Counted from the first letter of the stretch, positions 1 to 7,608 are shown. The stretch is DNA of 20,000 bases from an uncultured virus (IMG/VR IMGVR_UViG_3300032282_002939) (IMGVR_UViG_3300032282_002939:53899-73898), one strand, 5' to 3'. Numbers and translations are program-made. Notes: generated by a model not told the origin, from the sequence alone.

Positions 1-604
1 GAATTAAATAATTTCCATCTTCGTCTGTCAAATAATCACCGTTTTCATCTTTAATTCCCCAAGTAAGTATGTTTGTATCAAATTTCTTTTGAATAGAATC
101 AATTTCTGGTATGCCAGTATTAAATGTTTCATTAGAATATTCAAACAATTCTGTTGTCATTTCCCAGGTCTGAAGAGCGCCTAGTTGATAGAACATCTCA
201 TATTTGTTCACAAATTTAATTTGAAAACATTTTTTATTTAAAGGAAAATATATTAAATCGCCTTCGTTTGGTCTTACTTGTGTTGTAAAGTTTCCAACCT
301 CTTCATTGAATATTCTTTGAGCAACAGACCAAATAACTTGATCTCTGATTTCAAGACCAAACTTAGACATGAAATTACCATCACCCTGAAACCCATCAAA
401 GCTTTTGATATACATTTCAATAGGATAGGCGTTTTCATATGACGATTGATCATCGGCTCCATAGATATCATCGTAATTGTTTAGTTTACGAGGAATATAG
501 AAAACGTCATGACCGTAAATACGTATTGCCTCGATAACTAGGTTTTCGAGGAGAAGCTGTTCCTGTGACGATTGAAAATTATTGAAGAAAAAATTTGTGG
601 CGAT
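1..604 (-). CDS. gp14: T4-like neck protein gp14 (3' end runs off the window; apparent ATC start)
   Basis: Not in the ORF track. Manual translation from 604 gives (M)ATNFFFNNFQSSQEQLLLENLVIEAIRIYGHDVFYIPR...IEMYIKSFDGFQGDGNFMSKFGLEIRDQ...RPNEGDLIYFPLNKKCFQIKFV...ELFEYSNEKFNTGIPEID. SKFGLEIRD and RPNEGDLIYFP are typical gp14 motifs. It lies downstream of gp13 and has a GGAGG RBS at 614-610. Confidence 0.93.
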   Translation of the reverse strand, partial: MATNFFFNNFQSSQEQLLLENLVIEAIRIYGHDVFYIPRKLNNYDDIYGADDQSSYENAYPIEMYIKSFDGFQGDGNFMSKFGLEIRDQVIWSVAQRIFNEEVGNFTTQVRPNEGDLIYFPLNKKCFQIKFVNKYEMFYQLGALQTWEMTTELFEYSNETFNTGIPEIDSIQKKFDTNILTWGIKDENGDYLTDEDGNYLI

Positions 605-605
605 G

Positions 606-1205
606 TTATCCTCCTATATCTTTTTGAGGAGGATTATATCCGGTCACTATTTTCATTCTTCCTATTTTTTGCTGTTCTGGATCTTTTGAGCCATACGGTA
701 TATGAGTAATCATATCAGAAGTTAATGGTTGAGCGAAACCATTAGAGTGTAAACCATGCACTCTCATTTCTGGATCACTCATCATTCTATTTAAAGATTT
801 TTGCATGCCTTCGGAATTTTTAGTCCATTCTATAGACGCATTATGAGTTCTTGAAATAGATTTAATAACATCATTCATTCTAACAGGAGAACTTTTTCTG
901 CCCTGCGTGGTTGGAAATTGATATGTTATTGATTTATCAGGATTATTTATTTGACCAGCAAATCTAACAGTATGATGTATTTTCTTATCTTCTGGATTAT
1001 ATGTGAAATAAGAAGCTCCGCTTCCTGGGGAAGAAGAATGGTATAAATGTAAACCGCCTACTTCTCCAATTTTGTTAGCGTTTTTATCAAATTTATTTGG
1101 ATCGTCATAAGTTATAGGTTTTGTGTCGCTGACAATTGGATCTCTTTTTGTTTGAGATATATCGGCGGACCAAGCTTCTTTTATGTATTTTTTAAATGTC
1201 AGCAT
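606..1205 (-). CDS. Hypothetical protein with T4 capsid-targeting-like N-terminus (candidate internal head protein)
   Basis: 199-aa ORF overlapping the end of the endonuclease gene. The N-terminus MLTFKKYIKE resembles the T4 internal-protein targeting sequence MKTYQEFIAE. The rest is not recognised. Confidence 0.6.
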   Translation of the reverse strand: MLTFKKYIKEAWSADISQTKRDPIVSDTKPITYDDPNKFDKNANKIGEVGGLHLYHSSSPGSGASYFTYNPEDKKIHHTVRFAGQINNPDKSITYQFPTTQGRKSSPVRMNDVIKSISRTHNASIEWTKNSEGMQKSLNRMMSDPEMRVHGLHSNGFAQPLTSDMITHIPYGSKDPEQQKIGRMKIVTGYNPPQKDIGG

Positions 1206-1935
1206 TTTTTAATCTACATTTCTCGTTGTGGTATCTATAAACATTGCCTTTATTTCCCCAAAAATCACAATAAACACATTTTATTTTAGTATTATTTATA
1301 AGAGAAAATGCTCCAGCGTTTTTGATTTTTTGTTTGTGTTCTTCTGTTAATGGTGCTCGTTTTATACCTTTAGACGCTGCAATTAATTCACCCGAAATCC
1401 ATTTTGGATCATCATGCGTTGTATGAAAAATATTGCCATCAGAATCTTTAACTGTAATTTTACCTTTATTTCTATTATTTTCTAACATAGTATTTCTACG
1501 TTTAATTTTAGTTTCAATATTAGACGACTTTGTATCTCTTGTTTTTAATCCTTCAATATATTTTTCACGAATTTCTGGTCGCTGCATTGCTTCTTTAGTA
1601 CGAATAGAGATTTTTTCTTTTCTAGATAATAAGTTACTTTCATCTAGCCATGTATCATTTACATTTTTTGAAAGATTATAATAACGAATTTTAAGTTCTT
1701 CATCTTTCACTAAAGAAAGCCAATATTTTTCACGTTCATATAATTCTTTACGGTTGATATAAACACGTTCTAAAATTCTACGTTTAAAATCTTTAGGGCG
1801 GTGCTTATGTGCTTGTCGCATCCACGGAGATGAACAAATATACCCATCATTTTCTGTTCCCCAGTGCATACCAATATAATATCTTTTTTGTTTACGATCT
1901 AACCAGATATAAACAAAACCATATTTTTCTTGCAT
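1192..1935 (-). mobile_element. Free-standing GIY-YIG (Seg-like) homing endonuclease
   Basis: GFVY-x10-YIG variant of the GIY-YIG motif, followed by GYICSS and FKRRIL...ERE...YYN. It has a NUMOD3-like LTEEHKQKIK and a C-terminal CxxC...H...C putative zinc finger. Inserted between gp13 and gp14. Confidence 0.9.
1293..1300 (-). promoter_or_regulatory. Candidate T4-type late promoter (TATAAATA) inside the endonuclease gene
   Basis: Exact TATAAATA on the minus strand, about 90 nt upstream of the 199-aa ORF start. It could be chance in AT-rich DNA. Confidence 0.45.
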
Positions 1936-1936
1936 T

Positions 1937-1973
1937 TAAATACTCCTTTGAAGTTATCTCTAGAGTATTTATA
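1937..1973 (-). promoter_or_regulatory. Late promoter TATAAATA (1973-1966) overlapping an RBS-sequestering hairpin for the endonuclease
   Basis: Minus strand reads TA-TAAATACTC-n17-GAGTATTTA-A-ATG. The perfect 9-bp inverted repeat (1963-1971/1937-1945) has a 3' arm covering most of the GGAG RBS. Confidence 0.85.
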
Positions 1974-1986
1974 TAAAGTATATATT

Positions 1987-2727
1987 TCAGCCGATCATAT
2001 CGCTGACGGGCAACGAATAAGACGTAATCATATCTCTTTCTAATTCTGCACGTTCTTGATTGGCGTCAGCTAAAATTTGCAAACCATTAAACTCGATACC
2101 ACCAGGAAGTTTCATACCACGAAACTTTGAAAGATTAGCTCCCCATTGTTGCTTAATTAAACACGTAGCATATCTAAGCAACCAACGATCTCCCCATGCT
2201 TTTGTATAAACTTCTGGGTCGACTACTTGATATACTTCTGCTATTAAATAATTACCAGCGTCAAATTTATTCCAATCCATATCAAGATAAAGTTTATTGA
2301 TGTGGCGATTGTATCTAAGTGGTTGTTTACCAACCAACATCATTTCAAGAAACTGAATATGTTGTAGAGCCATATAATATGGCACCATAGAAACAGAGGT
2401 AAGAGTGTATAAATCATTCAAAGCAATTTGATAACGAATATTGAATAGATTGTTTGTATTCAAAGCCTGACCGACCTCAAATACATTAACAGCGCCGATC
2501 ACGTTATCTGGAAGAGTAATGTATTTGTTTGTTATATCGGTTTGAGTGACCTGATGCTTATAGTATATTTTCTCAGCGCCCTCAAAATGATAATCCCAAA
2601 AATAACGAAGAGCTTCGTCGACGCGATCATCAACTTGATCATCATCGACGTTAATTTCAATTACAGGTTTGCCTAAACGACGTAGGCAGTACTCTTTGAA
2701 TTCGCTCTTTGTGGTAGGTATTGCCAA
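1987..2727 (-). CDS. gp13: T4-like neck protein gp13 (TTG start)
   Basis: YCLRRLGKPVIEINVDDDQVDDRVDEAL..F.DYHFEG at the N-terminus and IKQQWGANLSKFRGMKLPGGIEFNG near the C-terminus are characteristic gp13 motifs; 246 aa. Confidence 0.95.
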   Translation of the reverse strand: MAIPTTKSEFKEYCLRRLGKPVIEINVDDDQVDDRVDEALRYFWDYHFEGAEKIYYKHQVTQTDITNKYITLPDNVIGAVNVFEVGQALNTNNLFNIRYQIALNDLYTLTSVSMVPYYMALQHIQFLEMMLVGKQPLRYNRHINKLYLDMDWNKFDAGNYLIAEVYQVVDPEVYTKAWGDRWLLRYATCLIKQQWGANLSKFRGMKLPGGIEFNGLQILADANQERAELERDMITSYSLPVSDMIG

Positions 2728-2728
2728 T

Positions 2729-2845
2729 TTAGTTACCTTTGAATTTTGCTATTACTTTATCAACATTATCTTTAACAAATTGTGGTTGAGGAAGAAAATT
2801 CCAACCGACAATAAGACCAATAACAAAAGAAATAAGTGTTAGCAT
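2729..2845 (-). CDS. 38-aa single-pass membrane peptide (below the ORF-track cutoff)
   Basis: MLTLISFVIGLIVGWNFLPQPQFVKDNVDKVIAKFKGN*. It has an AAGGAG RBS, fills the holin-gp13 gap, and its stop lies 1 nt from the gp13 start. Confidence 0.8.
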   Translation of the reverse strand: MLTLISFVIGLIVGWNFLPQPQFVKDNVDKVIAKFKGN

Positions 2846-2866
2846 TTTTCTCTCCTTTTATTCTAT

Positions 2867-3319
2867 TTATTGAAATGGACCACCTTTTCTTGGTGGATCA
2901 GGTTCGTCATCAACAGTTACAGTTTGTGTTGTTGATGGTCTATTATAACTGGGTGTATACTGAGAAGAAGATGGCGAATAAGATGATCCAGAAGATTGAC
3001 CATATGACATTGAAGAAGATGATCCGTATGGAGATTGAGTTGTTGTAGTAGATACTGAAATTTTCTCTTGACCTCTGGACCAAGCAGAAACACCAATAAT
3101 TGCACCCATGGCAATATGATATAATCCAGCGCCCTTTAGTGTCATTGGGTCCCACTGCTGAAATTTAGTTGCATTGAATAGTGCAAAGAAAACAGCATTT
3201 AGAATGGGTGCAATTAGAAAATCAAATAAACAGATAATAAAATAAGACCAACCCATTGCTGGTCGCCAATACGATTTAAGCCAATGTTCTTCTTCTTTTT
3301 TTTCTGTATTATCTGACAT
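2867..3319 (-). CDS. Holin, GTA 3TM-holin-like, with Ser-rich C-terminal tail
   Basis: WRPAMGWSYFIICLFDFLIAP and LYHIAMGAIIGVSAWSRGQEK hydrophobic segments; overlaps the endolysin stop. The likely start is MSDNTE at 3319 rather than 3394. Confidence 0.75.
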   Translation of the reverse strand: MSDNTEKKEEEHWLKSYWRPAMGWSYFIICLFDFLIAPILNAVFFALFNATKFQQWDPMTLKGAGLYHIAMGAIIGVSAWSRGQEKISVSTTTTQSPYGSSSSMSYGQSSGSSYSPSSSQYTPSYNRPSTTQTVTVDDEPDPPRKGGPFQ

Positions 3320-3941
3320 TGAATTGCTCTTGAACTTGTGGATACAATAGGTGGAAATGGTGTTTTCTATCATCAAGGCCGATGGTGCCACCATTAATTT
3401 TCTTTGTTATCATAACAATATCGTCGTGATCAGCATCTGGATTAATGTTTCTTGATTTCCAGTATTCACAGGCTACTTGAAGAGAAACAACAGGATCATA
3501 TGCTGCTTCTGGATCGTTGATAAGATCAATACCAATAGCATTTCCATAACGATTGTAATTATCTTTACCAGTTAACTGGAATATGCCTCTGCCACGATAT
3601 CTCCAACCATCACCAGATTCTTCTGATCCATTTCCCATACGATTAGAATAAACTCTATTGGCAATCATTTCTGGTTTACGAGCGTATTGTTCTGCCAATT
3701 GCATTGACGGAAAATATCTTGGAAATACTCTAGTAAGACCTTGTGCAGAATAATTAAGATTTTCTACATTGATAGAAAACTCTCCTGATTCGTGCATGGC
3801 CTGTGCAAGAAAATGCGCGATTCTTAATGGAGTATTGATTTCATAAATCTCAAATATTTGATTCATATTATCGACCATGCCTTGTTGAAATTCTGGCTTG
3901 GCTCTTCTTGTAATACGTCTAATAAATTCTTCTGAGAGCAT
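3309..3941 (-). CDS. Glycoside hydrolase family 19 endolysin
   Basis: AHFLAQAMHESG, ENLNYS, RMGNG...GDGWRYRGRGIFQLTGKDNY and TKKINGG..GLDDR motifs. Confidence 0.93.
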   Translation of the reverse strand: MLSEEFIRRITRRAKPEFQQGMVDNMNQIFEIYEINTPLRIAHFLAQAMHESGEFSINVENLNYSAQGLTRVFPRYFPSMQLAEQYARKPEMIANRVYSNRMGNGSEESGDGWRYRGRGIFQLTGKDNYNRYGNAIGIDLINDPEAAYDPVVSLQVACEYWKSRNINPDADHDDIVMITKKINGGTIGLDDRKHHFHLLYPQVQEQFNVR

Positions 3942-3951
3942 GTGTGTTTTC

Positions 3952-4539
3952 CTAATATTGATAGTTTATATGTAGAATGACAGAATCTACATCTAAAGAT
4001 GGTGGAAGAGATTTTTGATCTGAACCATCGTGGATACCTGGAATCATATCTCCGCTATAATATGGTAATCTTTTATTTATTAAATTATTTTGTATGATAC
4101 CATTAGCTGGTATTTTTTCTACAATAGATATTACATTGTCTTCTACAAATTTCTGAGTTTGTCTGGAAATCCATTCATTATAAAATGTTTCTGAAGTGTA
4201 TACGTAAGCTACTTTAAATTCTCTAATGATCATATCATTTATTGTATAGATTATTAAATCATCATATTCATTTTTATAACTATCATTATGAATGGGAGGA
4301 AAATGATCTATGTGGTATGCAAAATTATTGATTTCACTGATACTAGTGACTGCTTGTAAAGAGTTGTCTATATACAGCCCATAAGCTTGTTTGTTGATTT
4401 CAGGTTTGCCGATTTCTTTTTTTATCCGCATTTTTAAAATATTTGCAGAATTTTTAAAATTAATTTTAGTATTTTCAATGAAATTCAAATATTCTTTTGA
4501 ATCAAATACATCTATATTAAGATTTTTAATTTCTATCAT
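3952..4539 (-). CDS. Hypothetical protein (weak GNAT-like pattern)
   Basis: AT-rich ORF. The likely start is MIEIK at 4539 (GGAG RBS), just after the oxygenase stop. QAYGLYIDNSLQAVTSI is reminiscent of GNAT beta strands, but no clear acetyl-CoA motif is visible. Confidence 0.55.
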   Translation of the reverse strand: MIEIKNLNIDVFDSKEYLNFIENTKINFKNSANILKMRIKKEIGKPEINKQAYGLYIDNSLQAVTSISEINNFAYHIDHFPPIHNDSYKNEYDDLIIYTINDMIIREFKVAYVYTSETFYNEWISRQTQKFVEDNVISIVEKIPANGIIQNNLINKRLPYYSGDMIPGIHDGSDQKSLPPSLDVDSVILHINYQY

Positions 4540-4543
4540 ATTT

Positions 4544-5263
4544 TTATCTCCATCTAGGACCGCTAAACCAAGCCACAAGAGAATTTCTCTTTCCTGATGT
4601 TACCGGATTTACTTTATGAAGAGCAAATGATGGGAATATTATCGCTTCACCTTTATCCATTTTAAAACTACATATAGGATAATTATCTGGTGCTGTAGAA
4701 AAATCATAAAAAAGAAATTCACCACCTTCATATTCTTCGTGTGAGCTTAACATTAATACAGTTGTTAATTTTCTAAATTTAGTCGATTCTGTTATGGAAG
4801 AATTGTCTGGAATGTCATACCCAAAATGTTCGTCCATGTGCCAGTCGATGTGATTTTTATCTTGACCGGTATATCTAAGAAGATTAAATCTAAATAAGCT
4901 ATCAAGATCTAAATTAAAATATTTTTGATTTATATTCAAAGATTTCTCAATTATTTCATCAGCAAAGTATATATCATCTTTTTTATCGAATCTACTTATA
5001 GTAAAATGAATGCGGTCTATATTATTATAATTTTCACCAATTAAAGAGCCTTTCTTTTTATCCAAAGTGGGTTCTAATGTAAACAATTTATAATTAATCT
5101 CATCAACTTTTTCTTTTGAAAGAAAATTTTCATCGTAATAATGAGTAACTCCTTTTGTATTATATCCATTTTTAGATAATTTTTCTTGGTGTATAGGCAT
5201 TACATCAGTATTTTTTTCTGATCCCAAACCATATTTTATATCAATCATTTCAAACCCCTTCAC
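4544..5263 (-). CDS. 2OG-Fe(II) oxygenase (prolyl-hydroxylase/PKHD-like)
   Basis: WHMD (HxD), RKLTTVLMLS, YEGGEFLF, GEAIIFPSFALHKVNPVTSGKRNSLVAW (distal His and Arg-x-Ser). The start is probably GTG 5263 (GGAGG RBS) or ATG 5248. Confidence 0.92.
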   Translation of the reverse strand: MKGFEMIDIKYGLGSEKNTDVMPIHQEKLSKNGYNTKGVTHYYDENFLSKEKVDEINYKLFTLEPTLDKKKGSLIGENYNNIDRIHFTISRFDKKDDIYFADEIIEKSLNINQKYFNLDLDSLFRFNLLRYTGQDKNHIDWHMDEHFGYDIPDNSSITESTKFRKLTTVLMLSSHEEYEGGEFLFYDFSTAPDNYPICSFKMDKGEAIIFPSFALHKVNPVTSGKRNSLVAWFSGPRWR

Positions 5264-5265
5264 AT

Positions 5266-5517
5266 TTATCCTCCTATAGAGCAAACACCAACACCAACTG
5301 GCGCTGTATAACTATACAAAACAGTCGAAGCATTTGCTGAAATACTTCCAGTGCTGCTTGACATATTAAGTCTTTTAAATCTTAAATAAGAGGTATTTGC
5401 TCCGTCTGCAATTGCACCATTTCCAGAGGCTAAATTGGTAACATTAGCAATAGCTACAGTATTTTGAGATGTAGAATCATTAAAAATAATAGCTGTTGCA
5501 TTAATAGAAACGGTCAT
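5266..5517 (-). CDS. Small fibre-associated protein, M[AT]VSIN paralogue 3
   Basis: 83 aa; the N-terminus MTVSINATAIIFNDSTSQNT is shared with the two upstream genes. Confidence 0.7.
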   Translation of the reverse strand: MTVSINATAIIFNDSTSQNTVAIANVTNLASGNGAIADGANTSYLRFKRLNMSSSTGSISANASTVLYSYTAPVGVGVCSIGG

Positions 5518-5699
5518 TGATTTCCCTTTAAATTGTAAAAGTTATAACATTAGCATTTTGAGTTATAGAACCAGTAGTCGTTTCAAATAATATTCTACAT
5601 TCAGCATTAGAACCAGATTTAGAATAATAAACTGTGTTTCCAGAACCTAAATTTGTTATTGTCGTTATCCCCGCTGAATTTTGAGATGTAGAATCATTA
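5461..5699. repeat. 22-nt perfect direct repeat ATTTTGAGATGTAGAATCATTA (5461-5482 and 5678-5699)
   Basis: Read directly; it encodes NDSTSQN in both small paralogues. Confidence 0.9.
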
Positions 5700-5737
5700 T
5701 TAAAAATGATAGCGGTTGAATTTATAGAAACAGTCAT
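5528..5737 (-). CDS. Small fibre-associated protein, M[AT]VSIN paralogue 2
   Basis: 69 aa; MTVSINSTAIIFNNDSTSQNS N-terminus and a TNLGSG motif matching TNLASG of paralogue 3. Confidence 0.7.
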   Translation of the reverse strand: MTVSINSTAIIFNNDSTSQNSAGITTITNLGSGNTVYYSKSGSNAECRILFETTTGSITQNANVITFTI

Positions 5738-5743
5738 TTTTAT

Positions 5744-6775
5744 TTATCCGATGGTTATATGAGTAGAATTACCAGAAATAGTCAAATCTCCAGAAACTGC
5801 TATACTTCTCAAAGACGGAGTATTTTCCAAAGTAAATTGTTGTATTCTTGAATCATTAATATCACTTAAATACATTTTATGACCATTAGAAGAATATGCT
5901 ATTCCAGAAACATTTCCTAGACCAGCAGTTCTTCCTGCACTAGTGGAAATGCTTATATTTGCCACTAATGTAGCCGTATTAACTTGCCATGGGGTTGATA
6001 AATTATATTCATATATAATATCACTTGTATAGTCACCAATATACATTTTTGAACCAGTATTATTAAATTCTAATGCATTTGGTGATGTATTAGAAACAGA
6101 AACGTTTCCAACCAAAGTCGCTGTCGATAAAGTCCAGGCAGAAGACAAGTCGTATTCATGTACTTTATCTAAAGTTAAACCAAGTACATACATCTTGGTA
6201 CCATCTGATTTAAATTTCAAACTTGTTGGATTGGTTTCGCCTGGAGTAACACCAATTACTAAATTACTTGTCATTGAGACAGTTGCTGTATTTACTTCCC
6301 ATGCACTAGAAACAGCATATTGAACTATTTTTGAACTTGATCCTGCTTGATTTGTTAAAAATAATTTACTTCCATCAGAACTAAAATCCATTCCATATGA
6401 ATTTGTCATTGCTCCCAAACTAGAACCAGTAAAATCCGCTATACCTGAAGTATATACTTGAGTTGCAGTATCTATTTGCCAAGCAGTTGACAAATTAAAT
6501 TGTAACACTTGATCTGGACTGGAATCAAGTATATACATTTTTGTACCATCTGTTTTAAATCTTATTTCTTCTAAAGTTGTTCCATTACCACTTTTTTGTG
6601 TTTGTAGATATATTGTATTGGTTTGATATGCTACACCGTCTCCCGGAATAGAAATAATAGATACACCAGCAGTGCATGCAGTATTAGAATCAGCTAAGAA
6701 ACGTTGTGTTACCGCAGTATTTTGATAAGTTCCATCACTAAAAATTAACGCAGTAGAATTAATGGATACTGCCAT
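5744..6775 (-). CDS. Fibre-associated beta-propeller-like repeat protein, M[AT]VSIN paralogue 1 (candidate adhesin)
   Basis: Five approximately 50-aa repeats of consensus [GS]hxFxxDGxKMYh......h.[QE]Y.LS.AW.h.TAT (the fifth is partial), following the shared N-terminus. Confidence 0.75.
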   Translation of the reverse strand: MAVSINSTALIFSDGTYQNTAVTQRFLADSNTACTAGVSIISIPGDGVAYQTNTIYLQTQKSGNGTTLEEIRFKTDGTKMYILDSSPDQVLQFNLSTAWQIDTATQVYTSGIADFTGSSLGAMTNSYGMDFSSDGSKLFLTNQAGSSSKIVQYAVSSAWEVNTATVSMTSNLVIGVTPGETNPTSLKFKSDGTKMYVLGLTLDKVHEYDLSSAWTLSTATLVGNVSVSNTSPNALEFNNTGSKMYIGDYTSDIIYEYNLSTPWQVNTATLVANISISTSAGRTAGLGNVSGIAYSSNGHKMYLSDINDSRIQQFTLENTPSLRSIAVSGDLTISGNSTHITIG

Positions 6776-7565
6776 TCTTTATTTCCTCAATTTCTTTTCT
6801 TAATTCTTTAATGGATTCGACTAATAATCCAACAATATTTCCATAAGCAACAAATTTCATACCATTTTCATTTATACTGACCGCTTCTGGTAATACTTTT
6901 TCTACTTCTTGAGCTATCAATCCTGTACTGATAACATCAGTATTGATGAATTTAAATGTTATACCATTTATAGCATTTATTTTTTCTAATGGATTTTCAA
7001 TGATTTTTATGTCAGACTTTAATCTTTCATCTGAAGATGAAGAAATAACACCAAGAGAAGTCACATTTCCGTTAAAATAACCAGTACCATTGACTGACAA
7101 TTTATCGGCAGGCGCATTATTAGAAATACCAAAATTACCATTAGATACAAAATATGCTGCTGTGCCAATGGTTGCTGTGTTTGTTTGTAGAGTTAAAGCA
7201 TATGCGTTCACAAGAGAAGAATTTGCAGTGAACAGAGTTCCTGTTGAAACCGTTGTCGCATTAACAGTGCCAGTTGTATAAACGCCAGAAGTATTGGCTA
7301 TTACTGATGTCCCAACAGTATGCGAAGCGGCGTTGATAGTTCCAGTATGATATGCTCCAGTTGTATTAGCTATGAATGATGTGCTAATATTATAAGCAAC
7401 TGCATTAACAACACTAGAATTGGCGGTAAAAGAAGTACCAACAGTATGTGATGCAGCATTAATCACTCCTGTTGTGTTCGCTATATACAACCCAGAACTG
7501 TTGGCTACTATATTAGAAGAAGCTACTTGAAGTCCGTTTTTGACTAAAAAATCTCTATCTGCCAT
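6759..7565 (-). CDS. Tail fibre with C-terminal peptidase S74 intramolecular chaperone
   Basis: SSDERLKSDI autocleavage motif, GLIAQEVEKVLPEAV, VAYGNIVGLLVESIKEL coiled coil, and NAASHTVGTS repeats in the shaft. Confidence 0.9.
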   Translation of the reverse strand: MADRDFLVKNGLQVASSNIVANSSGLYIANTTGVINAASHTVGTSFTANSSVVNAVAYNISTSFIANTTGAYHTGTINAASHTVGTSVIANTSGVYTTGTVNATTVSTGTLFTANSSLVNAYALTLQTNTATIGTAAYFVSNGNFGISNNAPADKLSVNGTGYFNGNVTSLGVISSSSDERLKSDIKIIENPLEKINAINGITFKFINTDVISTGLIAQEVEKVLPEAVSINENGMKFVAYGNIVGLLVESIKELRKEIEEIKNGSIH

Positions 7566-7600
7566 CTGGTTCCCTTTCCCACAGAGGTTTTATTTTATTT

Positions 7601-7608
7601 TATTTATA
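7601..7608 (-). promoter_or_regulatory. T4-type late promoter TATAAATA
   Basis: Exact consensus in the 49-nt intergenic gap, 35 nt upstream of the S74 fibre ATG. Confidence 0.8.

Noticed and set aside
274..471. 65-aa minus-strand ORF in the track
   Set aside because: It lies out of frame inside gp14, which has clear family motifs.
605..1986. Possible group I intron or intein around the endonuclease
   Set aside because: gp13 ends with a normal C-terminus and stop, gp14 has its own RBS and complete N-terminus, and there is no non-coding space for a ribozyme core.
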